A program made the position numbers and the translations under genes. Shown piece by piece: positions 1 to 7,376 of a DNA stretch of 10,329 nt. This DNA is from Candidatus Krumholzibacteriota bacterium (lineage in GTDB: Bacteria > Krumholzibacteriota > Krumholzibacteriia > LZORAL124-64-63). The notes beneath the pieces were generated by a model. That model did not search any database. It was not told where the DNA came from and saw only the letters and a program-made list of their open reading frames with translations. The DNA lies in assembly GCA_039714075.1 (NCBI GenBank), contig JBDLKA010000118.1:1-10329 (forward strand), given 5' to 3'. Every line of letters begins with the position of its first letter. Position 1 is the stretch's first letter.

Positions 1-444
1 ATGGGCGGAGTGGTTTTCGGAGTCATGATGGCCTTCATGGGGACCCTGTCCATGATCGGCAAAATGGTGGGCTTCCCCAACGCGGTGACTGGTTTCGTGG
101 TGCATCTGACCATCAGCGCGGGTATCGGCGGATCATTCGGGGTGCTGCTGGGGCCGGCGGTGACCGGTCGGATCAGCGGGCTGGTCGCGGGTCTGGCCTA
201 CGGTTCGGTCTGGTGGTTTCTGGGTCCGCTGACCTTGATGCCCCTTTTCCTGGGCATGGGCTTCGGCGTGAACTGGAACGCCGCCGCGGCAGCCAACATG
301 CTGCCCAGCCTGATGGGGCATGCCATTTTCGGGTTGGTCACGGGGCTGGCGTACAGCAAGGGTGACAATTGCTTCGTTTTGAAAGTGGGAAAATCGGACG
401 ATCAAAGCGCAGGGGATAAACCCAATCTGCGTTCCGTCAGCTGA
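1..444 (+). CDS. Small integral membrane protein of unknown function (about 4 Gly-rich hydrophobic helices), probably 5'-truncated by the window edge
   Basis: ORF 1..444 has hydrophobic segments GGVVFGVMMAFMG, GFVVHLTISAGIGGSFGVLLG, GLVAGLAYGSVWWFLGPLTLMPLFLG and SLMGHAIFGLVTGLAY, with GC-rich third codon positions. TGA at 442-444 is followed by a terminator-like hairpin. The true start may lie upstream. Confidence 0.75.
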   Translation: MGGVVFGVMMAFMGTLSMIGKMVGFPNAVTGFVVHLTISAGIGGSFGVLLGPAVTGRISGLVAGLAYGSVWWFLGPLTLMPLFLGMGFGVNWNAAAAANMLPSLMGHAIFGLVTGLAYSKGDNCFVLKVGKSDDQSAGDKPNLRSVS

Positions 445-467
445 CCTTTGCCATGGGATTTCCCCCG

Positions 468-514
468 GGGCGGGGGCCGCGACCTCTCTGCGGCTCTCGC
501 CCGATTCTTGTTTT
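468..514 (+). terminator. Probable intrinsic terminator
   Basis: GGGCGGGGGCCGC (468-480) pairs with GCGGCTCTCGCCC (490-502) with two G-U pairs and a 9-nt loop. It is followed by T-rich GATTCTTGTTTT. Confidence 0.65.
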
Positions 515-524
515 CCGAATTCAT

Positions 525-539
525 TGCAAGTTGTTGAAA
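525..539. repeat. Left copy of an imperfect inverted repeat flanking the HNH gene; also IHF-site-like
   Basis: TGCAAGTTGTTGAAA matches the reverse complement of 1703-1717 (TGGAGGTTGTTGAAA) at 13/15, with a perfect 10-bp core. CAAGTTGTTGAAA (527-539) is one mismatch from the IHF consensus YAANNNNTTGATW. Confidence 0.5.
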
Positions 540-566
540 TTAAATGGAATAATCTCGATATTTATC

Positions 567-595
567 TTGCTTATTTCGCCTTTTGTTCGTATATT
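567..595 (+). promoter_or_regulatory. Sigma70-like promoter of the HNH gene
   Basis: -35 TTGCTT (567-572), 17-bp spacer and -10 TATATT (590-595) in an AT-rich tract, about 40 nt upstream of ATG 635. Confidence 0.6.
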
Positions 596-600
596 GAGGT

Positions 601-630
601 TTCCTCCCATGCATCATTTTCAAGGAGGAA
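601..630 (+). promoter_or_regulatory. 5'-UTR hairpin pairing an anti-SD with the Shine-Dalgarno of the HNH gene
   Basis: TTCCTCC (601-607) is the exact reverse complement of GGAGGAA (624-630), which overlaps the SD AAGGAGG (622-628). Confidence 0.45.
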
Positions 631-634
631 TTCC

Positions 635-1699
635 ATGTCCACATTTTCCTATGTTCCCGACCAGCCCGCTACCAAAGTCCATTCCTCTTTGAAGCGCTCT
701 TTGGCCGTCATGGATGACGCTAGGCAGTGCGCGGTGTTGTGGTTCGGCGAGATCATGCGGCGCCGATTGTTCCGCGACCTGGGCCACTCTTCCATCAACC
801 AGTACGCCATCTGCGAGCTGGGTTTTTCCAAATCGCGGACCGACCAGTTCATTCGGTTGGCGAGGCAACTGGACAACCTTCCTGCGGTGCGCGAGGCGCT
901 GGAAAATGGGGAGCTCGGGTATACCAAGGCTCGGGAAATTGCCGCGGTGGCCACGCCCGAAACCCAGGACGGCTGGCTCGAGGCCGCCAAAGGAACCCGG
1001 AAGGAATTGATTCATGAAGTGAAGAAGGCCAAACGGGCGGCCAGGGTTGATCCGGGTCAGGGTTCGCTGTTGCCTGCCTCGCCGCCGGTGGTGGCGCCGC
1101 GAGAACTGCCGGTTCGCTTCCAGATGGATCTTTCTCCCGAGCAGGAGGCCCGCCGGGCGGCTATGGTCGAACGGTTGCACAAGCTGGGCGGGGTGCCAAA
1201 CGATCGGGCCGAGTTGATGCTGGAAGCATTGGCGGCACTGTTGGAAACAAAGGAGTTACAGGGCCAAAAGTGTCCCCGGGGACACCTCGGGGGCCGGCCT
1301 CCAGTGCAGATCCACGTCCACGAAAGCAAAGAAACAGGCCGCATGACTGTGCCGACCGACGCGGGCGAGCGTGAGTTGAGTCAAGCAGAGTCAGAACGGA
1401 TGCGCTGCGACGCCGCTGTTTGCGAACACGGCGGTCGCAACACGACCACAATTCCTCCAAGAGTGCGGCGGGAGGTCCTGGCCAGGGACAAACACCGCTG
1501 CCGGGCTCCGGGCTGTGGACGAACGCGGTTCCTGGAAGTGCACCACATCCAGCCACGCCGCAAAGGGGGCGGAAACCAAGCGGAAAACCTGGTGACCCTT
1601 TGTGCCTCCTGCCATCGGTTGTGGCACGAGCGTGGCGGTGGAGTGACTGGCGAAGCGCAGACCATGAAATCGTCAGAGGTGCTGCTGTCATCGGAATGA
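635..1699 (+). CDS. HNH endonuclease with N-terminal DUF222/REP13E12-like helical region (354 aa)
   Basis: Strong SD AAGGAGG (622-628) precedes ATG 635, so the track's 524 start is unlikely. C-terminal McrA-type HNH motif: RD.HRCRAPGC...LEVHHI.P...GG.N...NLVTLC..CH..WH (about 1484-1627), preceded by RNTTTIPPRVRREV. The N-terminal LARQLDNLPAVREALENGELGYTKAREI resembles DUF222-type proteins. Confidence 0.85.
   Translation: MSTFSYVPDQPATKVHSSLKRSLAVMDDARQCAVLWFGEIMRRRLFRDLGHSSINQYAICELGFSKSRTDQFIRLARQLDNLPAVREALENGELGYTKAREIAAVATPETQDGWLEAAKGTRKELIHEVKKAKRAARVDPGQGSLLPASPPVVAPRELPVRFQMDLSPEQEARRAAMVERLHKLGGVPNDRAELMLEALAALLETKELQGQKCPRGHLGGRPPVQIHVHESKETGRMTVPTDAGERELSQAESERMRCDAAVCEHGGRNTTTIPPRVRREVLARDKHRCRAPGCGRTRFLEVHHIQPRRKGGGNQAENLVTLCASCHRLWHERGGGVTGEAQTMKSSEVLLSSE
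1270..1285. repeat. Perfect 16-bp palindrome inside the HNH gene
   Basis: GTGTCCCCGGGGACAC is its own reverse complement. It encodes CPRGH in the linker between the helical region and the HNH-proximal region. Confidence 0.9.
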
Positions 1700-1702
1700 G
1701 TT

Positions 1703-1717
1703 TTTCAACAACCTCCA
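1703..1717. repeat. Right copy of the imperfect inverted repeat flanking the HNH gene
   Basis: TTTCAACAACCTCCA begins 3 nt after the HNH stop codon and is a 13/15 inverted match to 525-539. Confidence 0.5.
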
Positions 1718-1728
1718 GGACACGAAAC

Positions 1729-1758
1729 TTGCGCCCAACCGGGTCCAAGGATTATTCT
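1729..1758 (+). promoter_or_regulatory. Possible sigma70-like promoter of the M1 peptidase gene
   Basis: TTGCGC (1729-1734), 18-bp spacer and TATTCT (1753-1758), upstream of ATG 1846. Confidence 0.35.
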
Positions 1759-1845
1759 CTTTCCTACGGTTTTTTCCGGATATTTCGCCCCCTTCCGGAT
1801 GTTCACATCCACCTGGCCCGGGTACCCCCATCAAGGAGATCGACC

Positions 1846-3930
1846 ATGGCAGGGAATTTCCCTTATTCCATTCGTAAAGTGCTTCTGACGGTCCTTACGA
1901 CCGGTTTAATGCTGATTCCGATTCTGGCGGCGGGGCAGGCCCCGGTAATCTCCCACCAGGTCGATATTCTATTGGGGGTGGAAAACCACACCGTCCGGAT
2001 CACCGACAACCTGGGGATTCCGGCAGGGCTCGAAACCCTGCGCCTGGGTGCGGGAATGACCATTGACAGTATCGAAGGTCCGGCCGGCAGCATCCCGACC
2101 GACCAGGCCGTCGCGGCGGCCGAGGACGAAGACGGACCTTTTCAGGCCCTCGATCTCAAATCCCTGGGTCTTGCCGAAACGGGGGGAACCCTGACCATCG
2201 TCTACGGGGGCACTTTTCATGAACCCGTCGACGAGGTTGTTTTTTCCCGCGAAAACGTGGGCAACGAAATCACCGCCACCATCGGGGACGAGGGTATCTA
2301 TCTGTCCTCCATGGCCGAATGGCTGCCGTGGGCGGAAAACACCCTGGCGACCTTCGACCTGAGCATCGACACCCCCGCCGGATTCGAAACCGTGACGCAG
2401 GGCCAGCGCACCGAACACACCGAAAGCGACGGCCGGCTGAACACCCGTTGGGTTGCAGCCAATCCCAGCGACGGGGTAAACCTGATCGCCAACCGCTATT
2501 TCGTGCACGAAGAGCCGGTGCGTGAAGGCGTAGTCAGCTACACCTTCTTCCTGGAGGATGACGCCCGGTTGCGCGCCACCTACATGGAGCGCACCAAGGC
2601 CTATATCGCCATGTACGAAGAGATGATCGGTCCGTATCCCTACACCAAGTTCGCCACGGTCGAGAACTGGTTTCCCACCGGCTACGGGATGCCATCCTAC
2701 ACCCTGCTGGGCGGCCAGGTGCTGCGTCTGCCCTTCATCCCCTACACCAGTTTCGGCCACGAGATCGCCCACAACTGGTGGGGCAATTCGGTGTACGTGG
2801 ACGTGGAGCAGGGCAACTGGTGCGAGGGTTTGACCGTCTATTGCGCCGATTACCACTACAAGGAACTCGAAGGTGAAGAAGGGGCCCGGGAATACCGCCG
2901 GACCCTGCTCAAGAACTACGAGGCCTATGTGAAGGATCCCTCGTCCGACTTTCCCCTCAGCGAGTTTCTGAGCCGGCACAGCGGCGCCACCCGGGCCGTG
3001 GGCTACGGCAAGAGCATGATGGTTTTCCACATGGTGGACCGGGTGATCGGGCGGGAGAACTTCCTGACCGGGCTGCGGCAGGTGGCCGCGGATCATAACT
3101 ACACCAAGGCCGACTGGACCGATTTCATGAACGCCTTCGCCAAGGCGGGCGACCTTGACCTGACGCGGTTCCAGGAGCAGTGGCTGACCTGGACGGGGGC
3201 GCCCAAACTGGATCTCGGCCAGGTGGATTTCCAGGACGACAAGGTGGTATTCACCCTCGACCAGGGTGAAACCGAATATCACCTGGATGTCCCGGTCGTG
3301 GTCACGACCAAGGAAGGTGCCGAGGAACGCGTGGTGATCCTGGACGGTCCCAGTGCCGAATTCGAAATCGAGGCCGCCGGGATTACCGGACTGGCGGTGG
3401 ATCCCGATTGCCACCTGTTCCGGCATCTGCATCCCGAGGAGATCGAACCCACCATCAGTCAGATTCTCGGGGAGGAAAACCCGGGGTTCGTAACCGATGG
3501 CGCCGCTCCGGATATGGTCGCGGCGGCCAGGAATTTCGCCGCCGGGTTTGCGGAAAAGGACGACTATCCTTTCAGTGAGGACGGGTCCGCGCCCGCGGAC
3601 TGCGGCGCCACCGTGGTGATCAATCCCGGAAGCGCGCTTTTGAAGACGTACCTTCCCCAGGAGCTGGTCGTTTCCGGCAGCACCGCGTTCCTGGAGGGCA
3701 AGCGCTACAGCCTGAAGGAAAACGACCTGGTCTTTGCGGCCCAGGATCCGGACGACCCCTCGCTGACCCATCTGGTCATCCTGTGCGACTCCACGCACCG
3801 TCTGGAAGCGATGGCCCGCCGGGTGGTCCACTACGGGAAATATTCCTGGTTGATGATGCCGGTCGGCCAGGGACGGCCCCTGCGGGGCAATTGGAAGGGT
3901 GGGGTCTCGCCGCTGACGGCGGCCCGATGA
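1846..3930 (+). CDS. Secreted M1-family (gluzincin) zinc aminopeptidase, 694 aa
   Basis: SD AAGGAG (1833-1838) precedes ATG 1846. Signal-peptide-like RKVLLTVLTTGLMLIPILAAGQA. Motifs: GPYPYTKF, GYGMP at the exopeptidase-motif position, HEIAH (2758-2772), third ligand E in WCEG (2824-2826) and the catalytic-Tyr motif GYGKS. The track's 1420 start overlaps the HNH gene and is unlikely. Confidence 0.88.
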   Translation: MAGNFPYSIRKVLLTVLTTGLMLIPILAAGQAPVISHQVDILLGVENHTVRITDNLGIPAGLETLRLGAGMTIDSIEGPAGSIPTDQAVAAAEDEDGPFQALDLKSLGLAETGGTLTIVYGGTFHEPVDEVVFSRENVGNEITATIGDEGIYLSSMAEWLPWAENTLATFDLSIDTPAGFETVTQGQRTEHTESDGRLNTRWVAANPSDGVNLIANRYFVHEEPVREGVVSYTFFLEDDARLRATYMERTKAYIAMYEEMIGPYPYTKFATVENWFPTGYGMPSYTLLGGQVLRLPFIPYTSFGHEIAHNWWGNSVYVDVEQGNWCEGLTVYCADYHYKELEGEEGAREYRRTLLKNYEAYVKDPSSDFPLSEFLSRHSGATRAVGYGKSMMVFHMVDRVIGRENFLTGLRQVAADHNYTKADWTDFMNAFAKAGDLDLTRFQEQWLTWTGAPKLDLGQVDFQDDKVVFTLDQGETEYHLDVPVVVTTKEGAEERVVILDGPSAEFEIEAAGITGLAVDPDCHLFRHLHPEEIEPTISQILGEENPGFVTDGAAPDMVAAARNFAAGFAEKDDYPFSEDGSAPADCGATVVINPGSALLKTYLPQELVVSGSTAFLEGKRYSLKENDLVFAAQDPDDPSLTHLVILCDSTHRLEAMARRVVHYGKYSWLMMPVGQGRPLRGNWKGGVSPLTAAR

Positions 3931-3961
3931 CCCGATTTTGAGGCGGAATGAAGGGACGATG

Positions 3962-3970
3962 TGTTACAAT
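3962..3970 (+). promoter_or_regulatory. Extended -10 promoter element upstream of the lipoprotein gene
   Basis: TGTTACAAT (TGn + TACAAT) lies in the intergenic gap 50 nt before ATG 4021. There is no good -35. Confidence 0.4.
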
Positions 3971-4020
3971 GTCCCCAGGTAAAGGCCACACGGACGCGCA
4001 AAGGGATATCTCGGGAAACC

Positions 4021-5820
4021 ATGAGGACGACTGACAGGAAATGGCAGATCGGTACGCCGGCCAATGGGGCCGTCCTGTTGGCCGTGCTGCTTGTGGCCGC
4101 CGTCCTGGTCGTGGCCGCCGGTTGCGGCGACGACGATCCCGGCCGTCCACCCGTCCCCGATCCCGAATGGCGCCAGGTTCTCGCTCCCGAATACACGCAC
4201 CGGGCGGTGTGGGGCGCTTCTCCCTCCCATTTTTTCGTGGCCAGTGAAAAAGGTACCGTCAGCCGCTACCGGGACGGCACCTGGACCAGCTGGCAATTCC
4301 GGTATTTCGAAAACATGCGCGGTGTCTGGGGCGCGGGGCCGGACCAGGTTATGGCCGTGGGGGAAAACGGCAATTGCTACCGTTACGACGGCACCGACTG
4401 GGAACCCGTGTACACCGGCACCAGCGAGGACCTGCTGGGCGTGTGGGGGACGGGCTGGGACAACATCTACGCCGTTGGTGACGGCGGCACCCTGATCCAC
4501 TTCGACGGCACCGGGTGGACCGGCATCGACAGCGGGGTCACCTCCCTTTTGTACAGTGTCTGGGGATCGGGTTCCGAGGATGTCTTTGCCGTGGGCCGGG
4601 ACGGCACCATCATCCATTTCGACGGTGCCGGCTGGTCGACCATGGCCAGCGGCACGACCCAGGCCCTGGACTGCGTGTGGGGGTTGACGGGTGACGATGT
4701 CTACGCCGTCGGCGCCCTCGGCACGATCCTTCATTTCGACGGTCTGGCCTGGACCGCGGAGGAAAGCGGAATCTCGGACCGCCTGTGGTCGGTGCGCGGA
4801 CTGCCCGGCGAGGATCCGGTCGCCCTGGGGGCCCGGGGGGTATACCTGACCCGCCGCGGCGGCTCCTGGGAGTACGAGCAGCTGGCGCAGGGCCAGGATC
4901 TGTACGGCATTTGGGACAACGGGGACAGCGCCCTGCTGATCGTGGGGTACAACGGGCTGGTCATGAGCATGACGCCCAATACCCGGCAGGTCCTGAACCA
5001 GGGACGCACCCACTGGCTGACGGGGGTCTGGGCGGCCGATTGCCGCCACGCCTACGCGGTGGGCAAGCGGGGCGCGATTCTCCAGACGTCGGGCGAAGGC
5101 TGGGTGGACATCGCCCCTCACCTGGAAGACGTGAATTATTCCGCCATCTGGGGCGTCGGCCCGGACGATTTTTTCGCCACGGGCAACAAGGGCGTCATCG
5201 TTCGCTACCAGACGGGCGCCTGGACAATCTGGCGGCTGAATTCCCTGCTGAACCTCGAGGGTATCTGGGGGGCGGCCCCGGACGACATTTTCGCCGTGGG
5301 AGCCGGCGGCGCCATAGTCCACTTCGACGGGGTCAGCTGGGAGATCATGGAAAGCGGGACGACGCGCAGCCTGTCGGCCGTTCATGGTCGCGGGTCGGGG
5401 GACGTCTACGCCGTGGGCCTGGGCGGCACCATCCTCCACTTTAACGGCATTATCTGGAGTCCACTTGACAGCGGGGTGCAGACCGCACTGAATGGTGTCT
5501 GGAGTCGGCCGGGTGCCGAGACCGTCGTCGTCGGCGACGGAGGCCTGGTGCTGCACAGCGGAACAGGCGATTCCGGAAGCGTCAGCTGGGTGGCGCCGGA
5601 TACCCGCCTGACCAGTTTTTCCCTCGCGGGGGTGGCCGGGAACCCCGAGGGCGAGGTTTTTGCAGTGGGATACAACGGGGTCGTCCTGCACTTCGACGGC
5701 CTGGCCTGGGACATCATGCCCACCGGCCATTTCGATCCCCTCAACGCGATCCACGTCGGTCCCTGCGGCGACATCTACGCCGCCGGTTTCTGGGGACTGA
5801 TTTTGAACTACGGCAACTGA
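4021..5820 (+). CDS. Putative lipoprotein with 14 tandem ~39-aa WD40/YVTN/BNR-like repeats (probable double beta-propeller)
   Basis: Basic N-terminus, hydrophobic LLAVLLVAAVLVV and lipobox-like VAAG-C (Cys 4123-4125), then a DDDPGRPPVPDP linker. The repeats have consensus LxGVWGxGxDDVxAVGxxGTIxHFDGxxW. ATG 4021 is preferred over GTG 3961, but the start is uncertain. Confidence 0.8.
   Translation: MRTTDRKWQIGTPANGAVLLAVLLVAAVLVVAAGCGDDDPGRPPVPDPEWRQVLAPEYTHRAVWGASPSHFFVASEKGTVSRYRDGTWTSWQFRYFENMRGVWGAGPDQVMAVGENGNCYRYDGTDWEPVYTGTSEDLLGVWGTGWDNIYAVGDGGTLIHFDGTGWTGIDSGVTSLLYSVWGSGSEDVFAVGRDGTIIHFDGAGWSTMASGTTQALDCVWGLTGDDVYAVGALGTILHFDGLAWTAEESGISDRLWSVRGLPGEDPVALGARGVYLTRRGGSWEYEQLAQGQDLYGIWDNGDSALLIVGYNGLVMSMTPNTRQVLNQGRTHWLTGVWAADCRHAYAVGKRGAILQTSGEGWVDIAPHLEDVNYSAIWGVGPDDFFATGNKGVIVRYQTGAWTIWRLNSLLNLEGIWGAAPDDIFAVGAGGAIVHFDGVSWEIMESGTTRSLSAVHGRGSGDVYAVGLGGTILHFNGIIWSPLDSGVQTALNGVWSRPGAETVVVGDGGLVLHSGTGDSGSVSWVAPDTRLTSFSLAGVAGNPEGEVFAVGYNGVVLHFDGLAWDIMPTGHFDPLNAIHVGPCGDIYAAGFWGLILNYGN
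4198..5817 (+). repeat. Coding tandem repeat array, about 117-nt period, 14 units
   Basis: Units start at 4198, 4315, 4432, 4549, 4666 and so on. CA(C/T)TTCGACGG (HFDG) and GT(G/C)TGGGG (VWG) recur. Unit 8 is 40 aa, unit 12 has an insertion and unit 14 is short. Confidence 0.85.
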
Positions 5821-5849
5821 CAACCCTTTCCAATCCTTGAGGAGTGACC

Positions 5850-7307
5850 ATGGGGAAACTTGATAAGCTTCAGCCTGCCGCCGTCTGGAACATCTTCGAA
5901 AAAATGAGTGACATCCCGCGGGGATCCGGCAACGAAACCGGCGTCCAGAACATGTTCAAGGCCTGGGCCGATGAGCGGAATCTGGCCTGGAAAGAGGATG
6001 CGGTGGGTAACCTGCTGGTGTCCATTCCCGCCACCAAGGGGCTGGAAAAGGCCGCTCCGGTGCTGATCCAGGGCCATGTGGACATGGTGTGCGAGAAAAA
6101 CGCGGCCACGAAACACGATTTCGAGAAGGATCCCCTCAAACTCAAGGTCAACGGCGACTGGGTGTCCGCCGAAGGAACGACCCTGGGGGCGGACAACGGC
6201 ATCGGGGTGGCCATGGGGCTGGCCCTGGCGGACGACAAGGCGGTCGCCCACGGACCCGTCGAGGTGCTGCTGACCGTGGACGAGGAAAGGGGCCTGACGG
6301 GGGCCGCCGGCGTCCAGGCCGGGTTCTTCACCTCGAACAAGATGATCAATCTGGACTCCGAGCAGGACGACGCGATTTTCATCGGCTGCGCCGGTGGCCG
6401 CGATACCCAGTTCACCCTGAAGAACAAATCGGCGCGCGCGCCCAAGGACAGCGCCGGGCGCAAGGTGACCATCAGCGGGCTCAAGGGTGGGCACTCGGGC
6501 CTGGATATCCACAAGCACCGGGGCAACGCCATCAAGATCCTCACGCGCGCCCTGCAGGCCGCGGCCGAGGTCATGGATGTCCGGCTGGTGGAGATCAACG
6601 GCGGCAGCATGCGCAACGCAATTCCCCGCGAGGCCGAGGCCAAGGTGGTCATCGACCGGAAGCTGGGCCGCAAGTTCAAGCAGACCATTGACGCCTGCCT
6701 GAAAAAGGTCCAGGCCGAAGAATTGGCCGGAACCGACGACGGTTTCACCTGGAAGAGCGCCGCCGTCCAGGCGCCGCGCTGTTTCAGCCTGACCAGTTCG
6801 AAAACGACCTTTTCGCTGTTGTCGGCCATTCCCAACGGCGTGACGGGCATGAGCATGGACATCGACGGGCTGGTGGAATCGAGCACCAACCTGGGCGTTG
6901 TGAAAACCAGGGGCTCCAAGGTGGAGATGGTCTGCTGCAGCCGCAGTTCGGTCATGTCGGTGCTCGAGGAACTTGTCGTCCAGCACCGGACCATCGGTGA
7001 ACTGGCCGGCGCCGAAGTGGTGCAGCCCGAGGGTTATCCCGGCTGGCAGCCCAACCTGAAATCTCCCATCCTCGCCGTGACCCGGGCCAAGTACAAGCAG
7101 GCCTTCGGCAACGATGCCGAGCTGCTGGCCATCCACGCGGGACTGGAGTGCGGTCTGCTGACGGAGAAGTATCCCACGCTGGATATCGTCTCGTTCGGCC
7201 CCAACATCAAGGGCGCCCATTCGCCCGACGAGCGGGTCCAGGTCAGTTCGGTGCAGAAAATCTGGAAGCTTTTCGCGGCGACCGTCAAAGAGGTGGCCCG
7301 GGGCTGA
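5850..7307 (+). CDS. pepD: Aminoacyl-histidine (Xaa-His) dipeptidase, peptidase M20C
   Basis: SD GAGGAG (5839-5844) precedes ATG 5850; 485 aa. PepD motifs: IPRGSGNE, QGHVDMVCEK, GTTLGADNGIG, DEE, NLDSE, GLKGGHSG, RNAIPRE, GYPGWQP, IHAGLECG, HSPDE. Confidence 0.93.
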   Translation: MGKLDKLQPAAVWNIFEKMSDIPRGSGNETGVQNMFKAWADERNLAWKEDAVGNLLVSIPATKGLEKAAPVLIQGHVDMVCEKNAATKHDFEKDPLKLKVNGDWVSAEGTTLGADNGIGVAMGLALADDKAVAHGPVEVLLTVDEERGLTGAAGVQAGFFTSNKMINLDSEQDDAIFIGCAGGRDTQFTLKNKSARAPKDSAGRKVTISGLKGGHSGLDIHKHRGNAIKILTRALQAAAEVMDVRLVEINGGSMRNAIPREAEAKVVIDRKLGRKFKQTIDACLKKVQAEELAGTDDGFTWKSAAVQAPRCFSLTSSKTTFSLLSAIPNGVTGMSMDIDGLVESSTNLGVVKTRGSKVEMVCCSRSSVMSVLEELVVQHRTIGELAGAEVVQPEGYPGWQPNLKSPILAVTRAKYKQAFGNDAELLAIHAGLECGLLTEKYPTLDIVSFGPNIKGAHSPDERVQVSSVQKIWKLFAATVKEVARG

Positions 7308-7338
7308 TAATTCATAATCCAGAATATTTTAAGAAGTT

Positions 7339-7376
7339 AGCGGGCGGCCATCACGGGATGGCCGCCCGTTTGTTTT
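7339..7376 (+). terminator. Intrinsic terminator after pepD
   Basis: Perfect 12-bp stem CGGGCGGCCATC (7341-7352) / GATGGCCGCCCG (7357-7368) with an ACGG loop, followed by TTTGTTTT. Confidence 0.85.

Noticed and set aside
574..588. TTTC-N7-GTTC, a LexA-box-like motif within the HNH promoter
   Set aside because: It has one mismatch to the alphaproteobacterial box, the host's LexA motif is unknown, and it is too short to support.
524..634. 37-aa N-terminal extension of the HNH ORF, and ORF 453-692
   Set aside because: The region is AT-rich promoter/UTR DNA, and a strong SD precedes ATG 635.
1420..1845. 142-aa N-terminal extension of the M1 peptidase overlapping the HNH gene
   Set aside because: The SD and signal peptide point to ATG 1846, and the extension would bury the signal peptide.
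1969..3831. 620-aa minus-strand ORF
   Set aside because: Antisense shadow of the M1 peptidase, expected with high GC3 codon bias; no recognisable motifs.
4198..5817. CRISPR array or DGR-like repeat
   Set aside because: The repeats are degenerate in-frame protein repeats with synonymous variation. There is no repeat-spacer structure, cas gene or reverse transcriptase.
3964..5823. 619-aa minus-strand ORF with apparent repeats
   Set aside because: It mirrors the lipoprotein gene, and its periodicity is inherited from the sense-strand repeats.
5808..7220. 470-aa and 374-aa minus-strand ORFs
   Set aside because: Antisense to a clear pepD gene.
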